From the NCBI GenBank assembly GCA_963693365.1, contig CAVNZM010000002.1:4914259-4978258 (forward strand): DNA of 64,000 bases, in the 5' to 3' direction. Both the position numbers and the translations under genes were made by a program. Every line of letters starts with the position of its first letter. Position 1 is the stretch's first letter. The notes under the pieces are model-generated. The model was not told the origin of the DNA, searched no databases, and was given only the letters and a program-made list of their open reading frames with translations. This DNA is from Amoebidium appalachense (Eukaryota > Protista > Ichthyosporea). Positions 14,638 through 28,435 of this stretch are shown here, one piece after another.

Positions 14638-15269
14638 CTAGTCGGCGCACAAAACATAATCATCGTAATCCGCCCACACCGTATCCAAAGGCGCCCATTC
14701 CGGTGACATCCCCCCGAAAAACGTCGTCAACAGAAAATTATCCACCCCAATACTATCCACCAACCTCCACGCAATATCTCGTCTATCCACAACCTTTTCC
14801 CCATCCAACCAAGTCTGCAAAATCCCATCCGAGAACCCAACGACGTTCATCTTCACCCTCGTAACGACCCTGTGCCATTCGCCGGGAATTACGTGTTCCT
14901 TCCATATTTGGTTCTCTCCTCGTCCAATCACATCGTGAGTCTGTCCGAGGTAATACAGATAATTGGTAGCTACACCATTTTCACGCCACATCATGCTACT
15001 TGTCCATCCGTCGTATCCTGTCGGGTGACCGTTACCCAATGGACATTTACCTCCGCACAGGCTGCCGGGAAATTTCCCACCCAATATCCACTGCCAGTTT
15101 GGAGATAGACGAAATTTGAACGAGAGATATACTTCGTTCTTGGGCCTGTGTGTGGGTGTGGGTGTGTGTGTGGTTATGTGGGGGGCCGGGGGGAGGGAGA
15201 AGGGGGGGGGGGGGGGGGAGTGAGTGAATGAGTCAGAGTGTGTGAGTGCGTGCGTGAGTGACTGAGTGA

Positions 15270-15347
<78 letters not shown>

Positions 15348-15429
15348 ACCTGTTTTTACTTTATGTTACATCATTTATTCATTTCTTTCATTTACTTTAT
15401 TCATTTTTTATTATTATTATTATTTTTTT

Positions 15430-15467
<38 letters not shown>

Positions 15468-16329
15468 GGGGGTTGATGTATGCGTTAGAGGGTTGGAAAT
15501 ATGGAGGAGACAACAAAGAGCAACAACAAAACGTCACAAACGTGGGAAATCCAAAATAAAACAATTTAGGCGTGCAGGCAGAAGACACTTGAACAGAGCC
15601 CGTCATCAGGGGGGTTCCTCCACAAAAGCATGGGTTTCGACTCTTTAACCTCTCGCACGTGGTTCCCAACCCACCCATAGTTTCAACAGCAAAAGGCGAG
15701 TCCACCCGCCTTGGCCAAAGACGAGCAGGGTTGTTCAAGAAGCAGCAATCTAAGAACACAGAGGCTACAAATTCTGCAGGCAGACAAAAACAAAGAAAAC
15801 AAGCAGAGAGATAGAGCATAAGCCGGGCTTCTACAAAGCTCCACGACTCCCTAACCTATAGAGAAGGGGACGGAGGGAGGGGGGGGGGGGAGGGGGGGGG
15901 AAGGAGGAGGGGGGCACATGGAGACAGAGAAATAGAGGAGGAACTTAAGGGATCCCTTAACCTGGCCACTATTGCTTTGTTAGAGGATTACCCCAGGGGA
16001 AGGGGGGTATGAATTAGATGGTGGAAGACATGTGGGTGGAGATATGACACCATCCCATTCGGAAAAACCAAAATATAAAAAAAGCAAAAAAAAAACAAAA
16101 AAAACAGAAACCTAACAAATGTTACAGGGACAACTTCCCGCGGATGCCCGCCCCAGGTGGGGGAGGGGGGAGGGGCGGGGAGATAAAAAAAAAAGGGGGG
16201 GGGGGGGGGGGGGGGGGAGACATGCCACTCTGTGTGCGCACACATGGGCTTTTTATTGTCATTTTGTTCTTATTTTATTTGTGTATTAATGTATTTATTT
16301 TTATTTATTTATTTTTTTTTATTTGGGGG

Positions 16330-16362
<33 letters not shown>

Positions 16363-16864
16363 AGGAGGGCAGGGGTGGGTGAGGTGGGGTTGGTGGTTGG
16401 GGGATCGGAGGGGGGGTGGAGAGGGGGCGGGGGGGGGGGGGGGGGGGGGGGGGGGGCTCACTTTGGCTGGATGGCAAACATGAACCGAAGTGTGCATCGA
16501 AACCCCACACACCCCTTCTGATACGTCACACGCATGGCGCTCCCCCCGTTTCCATATCCGGGCACAAAGGAAATTGTCGACCAATTGCGTGAGCCCTTTT
16601 CAAACTCATGTCCAAAATCGGCAGTTGCCTTTTTTGTCGTGTACTCCTCGCCCAGTTCGCGGTTGTTAAAGTTGACGTGGATTCGCGGAGTCATACCGGT
16701 CGGGCAAACAGCTGTGGAGATAAAAACAATATAGATGTGTAAGTTAATAAATGTTACTATTATACACACATATAACATATACATATATATCGCCACACAC
16801 GTAAGGAAACTGGGAAAAGCCGTTTTAACGGACAGGGGGCCCTTGGTGTGTGTGTACACACACA

Positions 16865-16931
<67 letters not shown>

Positions 16932-17450
16932 GTGTGTGTGTGTGTGTGTTTGTCTGTGTGTGTGCCATGCATTGGATCAAAGAGAAGGAGGGCGGGGGGT
17001 GGGTGGAAGGGTGGGTGGGTGGGAGGGAGGAAGGGGAGCAAGAGAGGGAGTGAGGCCGGGTGGGAGCCAGGGATGGAATGAGAAAGAATTAGAAAGACGG
17101 GGAGGGGAGGGGGGGGGGAGGGGGGGGGGGGGCAGGGAGGAAGGGAGAGGGGAGAAGAAGGGGGGGGTGGGAGGGGGGGAGGGGGGAGAGAAATAAAGAG
17201 AGAGATGGTGGGCAGGAGCCAGGGATGGAGGGAGAAAGAAATAACGAGCGAGGGGGAAGGGGGGAAAGGGGGGAAGGGGAAGAGGGAGGTAGAGAGAGAG
17301 GGGAAGAAGGGGAGGGAGGGGGAGGAGGGGGGAGGGAGGGAGGGGGGGGGGGGGGGAGGGAGGGAGGGAGGGAGGGAGGGAGGGAGGGAGGGAGGGAGGG
17401 AGGGAGGGAGAGAGGGAGAGAGAGGGAGAGGAGGGAGAGAGAGAGGGGGG

Positions 17451-17523
<73 letters not shown>

Positions 17524-18596
17524 TGAGGGAGTGAGGGAGGGAGGGAGGGAGGGAGGGAGGGAGGGAGGGAGGGAGGGAGGGAGGGAGAGAGAGAGAGAGA
17601 GAGAGGTAGAAGAGAGAAAAAGGGGAGGGGGGGGTGATGTATGCGTTAGAGGGTTGGAAATATGGAGGAGACAACAAAGAGCAACAACAAAGCGTCACAA
17701 AAGTGGGACCCTCAAAATCAAACAATTTGAGCGTCCAGGCAGAAGACACTTGAACAGAGCCCATCATCCGGAGGGGGGGGGGGGGGGAGCGAGAAGGGGG
17801 GTGGGAGGGAGGGGGGGAGGGGGGGGGGGGTGCTGGCAGGAAGAGGACGTGAGAACTTGAGGGAAAGTGTTTGTTTTGGGGGAATAGGGAGGAGTGTGTG
17901 TGTGTGCTTGGGGGAAGGGGGGGGGAGGGGGGAGGGGGGAGGGGGGAGGGGGGGAGAGTCTACGGTCAGAATTTCGAGAGTGTGGGGAACAAGGTGATGT
18001 AAGATAGGGTACCGAGAGGGGAGGAATAGACCTCCTATTAGTGCAAAGTGGGAAAAGATGCATAATTCTGAACACTTACGTTTGCACTCACACGTCTCTG
18101 CCAAGCACTGTTTTTTCGTTCCTTCACTGGCGCAAACGTCCTCACACCATCTATTCTTGACCTCTTCGTTCCCTCTTGCTCCATACTTGTACCCCTGACC
18201 ACATGTAAAAACATCACTTTTCCCTCTGCTTTCATCCACGTCAAAAACCGGTGCCGGATCTCTCGGTAGAAGACATGTGCAGATGCCTCCGAGTAAACCC
18301 AACGGCGAGCAAACTTTCTGGGAAAAAGAACTACAAACGGCTGTGCAGAATGAGCTCGGAATGTCGTGTGCCCCGACCCTCTCATAGAATCTGTTTGGGC
18401 AGAACACTACGGGTCTGTTTGCGTGAGTGGGTAAGCCGTTGTCATATATGTATGATTTATAGAACAGAACGAGAAAAACTAAGGCTATAACGGTCTGTGT
18501 GGGCCGCCTTCGGAAAGCCAGTGATATATAAAGTGGGATCCCCCCAGGCATGACGATGTGCTTTTGGTTCAAGTCGGTTTTGTTTGTAGATTTCAT
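14638..18596 (-). CDS. Polysaccharide lyase family 14-like (alginate/glucuronan lyase) protein with N-terminal TM anchor and two Cys-rich modules
   Basis: Exons 18596-18080, 16711-16462, 15145-14638 (phases 1, 2). PL14-type motifs VYLSFKFRLSPNWQWILGGKFPG, MMWRENG..NYLY, GEWHRV..RVKMN...SDGILQTWLDG, TFFGG..PEWAP. Hydrophobic stretch VIALVFLVLFY near the N-terminus. A 5'UTR acceptor lies at about 18622. Confidence 0.85.
15471..15865 (-). mobile_element. Structured repeat family, diverged full-core copy (subfamily F) with canonical CUGAUGA; permuted hammerhead core at 15588-15739
   Basis: Minus strand reads cttgaacaaccctgctcgtctttggccaaggcgggtgGACTC...gtgggtt^ggg...GAGTCGAAAcccat...cccccCTGATGAcgggctctgttcaag; the 3' end runs into a C-tract; lies in PL14 intron 2, sense. 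Confidence 0.8.
17631..17772 (-). mobile_element. 3' fragment of the structured repeat family (subfamily F)
   Basis: Near-identical to 15471-15610; C-tracts on both sides; PL14 intron 1, sense. Confidence 0.8.
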
Positions 18597-19778
18597 AGCG
18601 TGATTTTTAGGCTCAAACGCCCTGTAAGAGAGATTTTGGCGTCAGAGCTGCGGCGGAGGAGGGGGTGGGAGGTGGGAAAAGAGGGATGGGGTTAAAAAGA
18701 GGGGGGGAGAGGGGGGGGGGGGGGAGATGATTAGGGATGGGAGGGCGAAGAAGAGGAGGTTGGGCGTGGGGGGGGGGGGGGGGACAGTGCTTTGCTTTGT
18801 GAATGAGGTGTGTGCACTGTATTTTAAGTGTGGTAATCTATCATGGTCTCTTTAGAACCTCTTTCATGTTCAGTGAAGCCATGGTGTGCCTTCTACAGAA
18901 GCGGTCAAACGATGATATCTAAGACAACGACCATTGGAGGGCTTCATCGTCATCCCTCTAGAATAACCATATTGGGGTCTTCGCAACCATGTAAGTGGCT
19001 TAGAATCACGAATATGTTGGCTTGCCCTAACAATTATGTCGTCGCGCACCCCGGCCCCAATCTCCCCCCCCCCCCTCCCCCCCCCCCCCCCTCCCGGCCA
19101 ACCCACAGTGTCCCACACCCATCCTTCTCCTATATAGTCAACAATTTTAAAGGGTGCCCTACGATCGGAAAAAGGAGGATCAACACACATAAGCAGCTGG
19201 CGGTTTACGCTGTTTACTCACAAATGCCTGCTCATGATCCGCCCATCCACATAAAGCTTACAAGCCTCACACTGTGACACAAACTGGCACAAACTCACCT
19301 AAAGCAGCCATATTTACCATTCTCACTCAGGAGCACCTCTCCCTAAACGCACTATCAGCGCCGTTTTCAAAGACACAAGGCACAAACGCGGGGGTGCGCG
19401 TACATGAACAACGTTGTACATGCACAGACACGTACAGAGGCAGGGCCGTATACAAAGGGGACCAGCTATCCGCACCTCAAATATCACTGACGGAGGCTAT
19501 GCATAAAACATAAGAAGCAAGTTGAAACAAGAAAAAGAGAGAATCCTGAGTCCAGGGTTTGAAAGAGATGACAGCGGACCCGGGGGAAAGGGGGAGGGGG
19601 GAGGGGGGGGGGGGGGGAGGGAGAGAGAGAGAGAGAGAGAGAGACTCGGGGAAAGAGAGAGAGAGAGATAGAGAGAGAGGTGGGGGGAGGGGGTTGGGGG
19701 GGGGGGAAGATAGTGAGAGAGATCAAGTGAGTGAGTGAGAGTGAGTGAGAGTAAAAAGAGAGGGGGGGGAGGGGGGGG

Positions 19779-19911
<133 letters not shown>

Positions 19912-20253
19912 GGAGAAAACTTTTGAAAGAGATAGGGGAGGGGGGAGGGGGAAGCAGGGAGGGAGGGAAGAGGGGGGAGGGGACCGGGAAGGGAGGGATC
20001 GTGGGTGCGTGGGTGGGATGGAGGGGAGAAGGGCGGGTTGCTCAGTGGGTAGGAGGGTGAGTAGGTGGGAGGTTGGATGGGAGGGGGGGGGGGGGGGGGG
20101 GGGGGGGAGGGTGGGTGTGTGGATAGGAGGGAGGGAGGGAGGAAAGAGATAGAAACACACACAGAGAGAGAGAGAGCGAGCGAGAGAGAATAAGAGAGAG
20201 AGAGAGTGTGTGTGTGTGAGTGAGTGAGTGAGTGAGTGAGTGAGTGAGTGAGT

Positions 20254-20331
<78 letters not shown>

Positions 20332-20782
20332 AGGGAGGGAGAGAGAGAGAGAGACTCTCTGAGTGAGAGAGCTCTGATAGCCCCTCGATAGAAGGGGGGT
20401 GGGAGGGGAGGGGGGGAATGGGGTGGGAGGGAGGAAGAGAGTAGAGGAAGAGAGGAAGGCATGGATAAAAAGAGCCTCTGGAGGTGTCACAAACACTTCG
20501 TGCAAATGGAGACATAAGCGCACACCCACCCACACAGGCAGGCACGTGCACGCCGTCCAGCGCAAGTACACACTCATACCACACATACATGTACACTACC
20601 ACATCTGCCCTACCCTCGCCATAGCCGCCTATTCCTTGACCATCGCTCCTCCTTTATCCCCTAATCTCAGCCTCTCCCTTTTACACAACATCACTTCCTC
20701 TCTCCCTGTCTTACATGTTGTCGCCTCCCGCAGTCCGACAACTCCCGGGCAAAGGCATAGTTTGGACAAGATGTGAGCGACA

Positions 20783-20810
20783 TTTTGGCGCCACGTGATT
20801 TGTAACCAAT
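20783..20810. promoter_or_regulatory. E2F-like site, E-box and CCAAT box in the divergent PL14/p53 intergenic region
   Basis: TTTTGGCGC overlapping CACGTG (20783-20797) and CCAAT (20806-20810), about 470 bp upstream of the p53 ATG; motif match only. Confidence 0.35.
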
Positions 20811-21279
20811 CAAAGATTATGCGAGAGTAGGGCAAAATATCAACCCCATCATTATCAAATTCAGGAAATTAGAATCAGTAATACGAGCTTTTACAACCTC
20901 ATTTTGTAACTTTCCGACTTACCTAAACAAAAGTATCAGACTTTTAGGGGGCGCTATTACCGGTAAATTTCGCCTGTATATAAACGGGGCTGGTAGCGGT
21001 CAAGTTGACTTTGACACATCAGTGCAAAAAAGAATTGTGTTGTAAGATTCATAAGTAGGATAGATATTGAATGAACGGTTAGTTTTTCTCTGATCCCAAA
21101 TGTGTTTGTATATTGAACAGTTGTTATGTTTGGTGTTGCGCCGTGGTTCATGAAAAAACGCCACACTCACCTCTGACATAGTCCACTGCATTTCTCAAGA
21201 CTGTTGCCACTGTAAGCTGTTCTTTCTACGTATACTCTACTTTCTATGGTGTCAACGGGCGAACGAAGGAAACAAGAAA

Positions 21280-24200
21280 ATGGCTGCCCCCCCGCCCCCC
21301 GAGAACATGGCGCCTTTCAGGAGCATCAGTAGCTTTTTCCCGTCACTGCCAAAATCCATGACCGAGTAAGCGTGTGGGTTTTAAAACTACGTGCTTCTGT
21401 CCTTGTGTGTGCGTGTTCGTTTGTGCAATCGTGCTTGTGTGCGTGCTCATGTTCGTTTGGTTTGCGTCTGTTTTCGTGTGGTTGTGTTATGCTTTCTGTG
21501 TGTGTGCGTGTCTGTGTGCGTGTCTGCGTGTATGCGTGTGGCCATGTTACGACCTGCGTCTGGTGTTGTCAATGCTGCACTTATCTGCAGGCTTTTGTCC
21601 TGCTATATGCATGTGTGTGTGTATGTGTGTGTGCTGGTGTGTGTGTGGTCTAATGATTCCGCACAGTCCTGCCTTCACGTTATTGCTTGTTTTTACGTGC
21701 TTGAACAATCCTGCTTCTACGATCTTCGCCTTTGAATGGCTTTCAGTTCTCCCTTTATAGCAAGCTAAGATGCTACAGTACCTTTCGAGTAAAGCAATAC
21801 CTGGGTTAACTAGACATCTACCGCTAGGGTGTACCGATTTTGGGTATGTGCTCGCCTCAGATTGGAAGAACGTCGTTTTTGTCGTATTTATATTGTCCTT
21901 GAGGGACTGATATAGCCAGTGTCCGTTGTATAGGATGTGGTTTATGCATCATAATGGCTTAATGGTGTTTGAAAATTAAACATCACCACATGGGTACTTA
22001 AACCTCGTGATATGCAGAATCATCCACGAGATGGCACAAACAGAGACCCCTGATGGTGGCTCGGTTGTTTGTGAGATTGAGGGCCCCCTACCGGCCCAAG
22101 AGTACAGCATAGATCCCAGACTTTTACAGGGTGCCCCGGACATGAACTTTTTGCAGCCCCAGATGCAGTTGCAGTGGTCTATGGTGGCTCAGGTGTGTGT
22201 GTGTGTGTGTGTGTGTACGTGGTTACGTTTTTCCATGGTGTGTTTTTGGGTTCGTTTTGTGTTGTTCGTTTCATGCCATGTCATGTGCATGTAGATGGGG
22301 TGGTTTGTTTTGTGTGTTTCGCAGGATGCCCGTGTGTGCAGTGTGTGCGGGTGGGTATATGTGTAACTTTTCGGCCGCCGCTAGTACTTGTGAATGTGTG
22401 TCTCTGGTGTTTAACCAATCTGGGGGGGGGGGGAGGGGGGGGGGGGGGTGGTTACCGAATGTATTTGTTTTTGGAAAGAAACAGACAAAGGGGAAAGGGG
22501 GGGCGTGGGGACCACAAAGTAGACTCGACGTCTTGTGGTGTCATAGTATTCGGTGTTTTTGGTTTTTGTTGTCAGGAGTAATATGACATTAGGCTAGTAT
22601 TGTTGATTTTATTACCATTACTGTTGTTGTGTTTGGGGATTCCAGGTGTAAGAATTTTTTGGTAACTTGTTCGCATCAGGAAGCCAACCCCCTGCCAGCT
22701 CTGATGGTGCCGCAGCCAAGCATGATGCTCAATGAACACAATTTCAAAGGGCGGTTTGGGTTCGATGTCGATTTTGGCTCACAGGCTACAGACAAGAAGT
22801 CCAAGACAAAGGTGTGTGTGTCTGTGTGTGTCTCTCTGTGTGTGTGTGTGTGTGTGTGTGTACGCGTCCTGCGTGTGTGACGTGTCTTCGGTTTGTGGGT
22901 GTGGGGGTTGGGTGGCTGTGTAGATTGGGTTTGGGTGTAGGTTGGGTGGGTGTGTGGGCCCGCTGTTTGAGCAAGGGTGGTCTTTGTTTTCTTGTCAAGA
23001 ATCGACCGGCACTGTTTCAATCTCTTTCGACTGGCTGTATAATACCCCTCAATCCATCAAGGAAGGCACCAACGATCTCACACATTTTTCCCCGTTCATG
23101 GGAAAAAAAAATCACAACTCGCCGAATGGTGCATATAAAACGACTTGGGTTTCAGAAAGGAGGCACCAACTAACCAATCCACCCATTCCCCCCCCCAACA
23201 TTAGGGGGCTCCAAAGATGGATTTCCAACAAATTTCCCACGGTTTATAAAAAGGAACGAACCAATCAACTCACACGCTTTTTTCCATATTGTAGGTTGGG
23301 TGGGTGTGTGGGCCCGCTGTTTGAGCAAGGGTGGTCTTTGTTTTCTTGTCAAGAATCGACCGGCACTGTTTCAATCTCTATCGACTGGCTGTATAATACC
23401 CCTCAATCCATTAAGGAAGGCACCAACGATCTCACACATTTTTCCCCGTTCATGGGGAAAAAAATCACAACTCGCCGAATGGTGCATATAAAACGACTTG
23501 GGTTTCAGAAAGAAGGCACCAACTAACCAATCCACCCATTTCCCCCCCCCCACATTAGGGGGCATTAAAGATGGATTTCCAACAAATTTCCCACGGTTTT
23601 AAAAAGGGAACGAACCAACCAACTCACACGCTTTTTTCCATATTAGGGAGTCACGTGGATGTATGCCGAGAAGGACGACCAGCTCTACGTCAACATCCAA
23701 GTGTGTGTGCCCGTCGGGCTGCAGTTTGCAAAGGACCCCACCTCAGGTGAATTTCCACCAAAGGGATCTTATGTGAGGGTTAAGGTCCTCTATAAGAACC
23801 CGGACGATGTTTACCAGCCCGTCACGAGGTGCGCCAACCATGGTGCGTGTCCCCCCCCCCCCCTCCCCCCCCCCCTTCTTATTGTTATTATGTTCCCCTC
23901 CTTTTTTTGCCCTCCGAGTCCTTGTGTGTGTGTGGTGTGTGGTGTGTGTGTTTTCTATTTCTTCGTTCCCCCCCCCCCCCTTCTTTTTTTTTTTTTTTTT
24001 TTTTTTTTTGTGGTGGTGGTGGTGGGGGGGGGGGGGGGGTGTCTTGTATGCGTGTGGGTGTTGTTGTCGTTGTTGCAACAAGATTTGTGTACATTTGTTT
24101 CTAATGAACCCGAACGCCCCTGTTGGATAAAGGTTCTTTTTTCATTTTTTCTGATTAATATTGTTGTTAACAAAATTGTCTTTCTCGTTGGCGTTTTCTG

Positions 24201-24472
24201 AGGGTGTGTTTTTAAGGTATGGGAGTGTTTGTGTGTGTTTGCGCTTAACCTTTCCACTGACCAACTGTGTGCACATACGTACCAAACATGTGTTAATTCT
24301 CTATTATTAACCCCAACTCATCTGCTCTCCTTTTATCCAGTGGATATGAAGGACTGTCCCCCAGACCAGATCATCAAACTGGAGAATCTGAGCGTCACCA
24401 ACGAGCGAGATCAGTTGGACCACATGACTGCAAAAGTCCCCTACGACAAAATAAAATCAGTGCGTAACAACC

Positions 24473-24503
<31 letters not shown>

Positions 24504-24764
24504 AAAAAAAAAAAAGGGAAAGAGAAAAAAGAAAGAAAGAAAGAAAGAAAGAGAAGAGGAGGAGGGGGAGAAAAAAAAGAAGGAAAGGGGGGAGGGGGGA
24601 GGGGGGGGGAATAACACCTTCAAACACGCCCACCAATCTTAACACATCCGCGCACACATATGCACTACAACCACCACCACAATCACACGACTCTTTGCAT
24701 TGTGACGTCTGCCTGCTTAACCAACCCTGCTCGTTCCTGGTGAAGACGGATGGGACAATTAGTT

Positions 24765-24799
<35 letters not shown>

Positions 24800-24887
24800 C
24801 ACACACACACTGACCCTCCTCTCCCCCATCTCCCCCCCCCCTCCCCCCCAACCTCCCGTTCCCCTCCGTCACAAACACACACACAAG

Positions 24888-24985
<98 letters not shown>

Positions 24986-25132
24986 ACAGTCGCCACAACT
25001 GCGTGTCAAGTACATGTGCTTCTCATCGTGCCCAGCAATCAAGCAGAGGCCCATCGTTACCGTGTTCACTTTGGAGGCGCCCTCTGGACAGATACTGGGG
25101 AAGAGGACCGTCAGCACAAAGTGTGTGTGTAC

Positions 25133-25163
<31 letters not shown>

Positions 25164-25544
25164 GGGGGGGGAGGGCGCCGGCACACACGTGTGCGTGTGG
25201 GTCTGCGTGTGTGTTCCCCTCGGGATGGGGAAAGGTTTTTGTTGTTTTTTTGCACACGGGGGGGGGGGGGGGGGGGGGGGGGGAGATGGAGGGGCACAAA
25301 ACAAAGTCAGTAAGATATCGATGGCTTTGTGGGGTTGCTTTTGGTGGGGGGGGGGGGGGGGGGGTCTGTTTGTGGTTTGTGGTGTGTTCCCCATAGATGT
25401 GCAGGTGAAATAGGTGTGTGTGTGGTGTGAGGGAGGGAAGAAGCGGGGGGGGGGGGGGGGGGGGGGGGGACTGGGCTAATGGTGCATTGTGCTTTGGATA
25501 TGTTGGTGTTTGCCGCTGTATATGTGCGGTCGGTTTCTTTGTCA

Positions 25545-25576
<32 letters not shown>

Positions 25577-25798
25577 CCTGCATGCTGTGCGACCTTTACC
25601 CAACCTCCTTTCCCTTAGTCCTTCTCATTCTTGTGTGTCCTTTAGTAAGCTCCTTTCTTTTCGGTCCCCGCTCCCCCCCCCCCCCCCCCCCCCTTTTTTT
25701 TTTTTTTTTTTCAAATAAGGATCTGTGCATGTCCGGGTCGGGACTACAAGAAAGATCATCCGGAGGAAGACAGGCCAAGAAGAAAAACGTACGCACAA

Positions 25799-25831
<33 letters not shown>

Positions 25832-26235
25832 CCTTTCTGTCTCTCTCTATATCTCCCTCCCCTCGCATTCCCCTGCACACCATCAACACACACATGCATT
25901 GACACAACACATATAATGTATTTTACCTAACTCTCTTGAAAGGAACCCCGCCGCGGTCAGCAAAATCGACACGAATCACGTGTATATAACACGTGCGGAT
26001 GCATAGAAACACGCCGTTTTCTTTTATGGCACACAAACAAAGACATATATACATGTGTTTGTTGCATTTTTATCCACTAAAACCGCTTCTAATGATTTTT
26101 TTCTATTTTTCAAACCTGGCCGATTTTGGCTTCTGGGCGACGGCTCGGGGTTAAGCTTTCGGCCTCAGTTCTGCACTGCCTGCCTATCGTGCACAATTTC
26201 CGGTGATTATGGTGTCCGAAACAGAGAGTAGTGAC

Positions 26236-26271
<36 letters not shown>

Positions 26272-26625
26272 TCCTTTCCCGTGCACCCGAAAAATCGTTC
26301 TGCTTGAGTGGTTACAAGACAAACACAAATCCATCGGCCCCAGCACATGCAGACCCTGTGTGGGAAGGATGGTGGGTGGCATGGTTAGATAGAAGGAGGT
26401 ACAGAAAATGGAGAGATAATTGGGGTGGGAGGAGGGGATAGGTGTGTGTGTGTGTGTGTGTGTGTACGTGTGTTTGCATATGTGTGTGGGTGTGGGTGTT
26501 TAAGGTGTGGAGGGTATTTGGCCACTTAAGGGTTTGTGTGTGCAGGCGTGCCAAGAAGGATGTTGATGCGGACATGTCGGATGCTCAGAGCCACGTCTCC
26601 CCTGCACGTATGTGCCAGCGCACAG

Positions 26626-26665
<40 letters not shown>

Positions 26666-26736
26666 CTCGACACGTGCTCACGTGTTTATGAATGCACGTA
26701 CACAAAAAATGCATGCAAACTCTAAAAGAGTGCACA

Positions 26737-26777
<41 letters not shown>

Positions 26778-27459
26778 GTTACCCTAAGGTTGACCTGTCC
26801 CCACCCCTCGCCTCTCCCCCCCCCCTCCCCCCCCCCCCCTCCCCCCCCCCCCCCCCCCCCCCCCCCCAAACACACACACATACACACACACGCACACCTC
26901 AACCTCGTGTGTCAGATATTCAGTTCACATGCAATATATCCGACATAGAAGGCCTAGGACAGTCAAGAATATTCAAGATTTTGTTCTTCGTAAGAGTAGA
27001 CGTGGACGTTCCGTTGTGTGACGTCATTTTGGCATCAGCGGTACGTCATATATCCGTCAGAATGTACGATTGGCTTTGACTAGATATGGTGTTATTTCTA
27101 GCACTTAAATTTACATAATTGCTTTAAAAAGAAATCCTTCACCAGAACATAAATATACGTATCTTTACCTTAAGATATACTATTTTTGGCCTTTGAGTTA
27201 CAACTGTTTAGTTGCCTGCCACAAAAATACTGACCTATTTTTTTGGCATTGCAGCCGCTGTTGAACCAAATGCGAAACCGCAAATGCAGCTTTATACTAT
27301 ACACAGGCAGGTATGTGTGTGTTCCTGTTGTGAATGTGTGTCAGTTTGTCCGTGCATGCTTGTGTAGGTGCCTTTGTGTGTGGGGGGATGTACGTGTGAG
27401 TGTGTGCACGCTTGTGTGTGTGTGCTCGCGGGCGCCCCGCCAGGGGCGATGAAGGCGAT

Positions 27460-27490
<31 letters not shown>

Positions 27491-28270
27491 AAATATTTTC
27501 TCCTCCATCAGGGGTCTGGTTAGAAATTGTGGTCGTTGCATGAATTTTCTCTGTAGGTCCACGTGTATAGGTATGTGTTTGTGTGTGTGTGCTGCACGTG
27601 TTTGTGGTTTTGCAGCAAGCCATATACACTGGCATCGTAAAAAAAAATGCAGAATTAAGACACACACATACACAGACAGGCATTCACCGACACAAAACGG
27701 TTCGCTCGCCGACGCCCTTGCACACTCTCCTGTTCCTCCCACTCGTCCCTTCTCTTTCCCCTTTTTCTTATATTTCTTTCTTTCTCTCTCCCTCTCTCCC
27801 TCTCTTTCTTTCTACCTTTCTCTCTTTCCTTCTTTCTTTATTTCTTCCCCCTCCCCCCCCCCCTCCCTCCCCCCCTTTTCTTTTGTTTTGCTTTTTTCCC
27901 CCAGGTGATGACACTTGAAACCTACAACACGGTCCAGCGAATCATCGACCAAGCAAACATAGTGGACAGCATTCAGCTAAACCCATCACACCCCTTGCAC
28001 CACACTTTCGCCTCCTTTCAAAATGTCGATCCGCCGATTGTTTTGAATTTAACTTCGAACACAAATGCAAACGGGCAGCTCCCCAATAATGCAACGGTGC
28101 CAAAGTATGGTGTGCCGAGAAAGGGGAAAGAGGAGGAGTGGAAGGATGTGCCCAGGGCCAAGACACCGGGTGTGTGGGTGTGGGTGGCCGTGTGTGGGTG
28201 TGTTTGTGATTGTGTGTGTGTGTCTGTGCGTCTGTGTGTGTGTGTGTGTGTGTGTGTGACTGTGTCTATA

Positions 28271-28335
<65 letters not shown>

Positions 28336-28378
28336 TGGGGGGGGGGGGGCGTGTGGGTGTGTGACTGTGTGGTTGGTT

Positions 28379-28435
<57 letters not shown>

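Noticed and set aside
22942-23526. 194-aa ORF with an internal repeat
   Set aside because: Arises from the intronic 354-bp tandem duplication in p53 intron 3.
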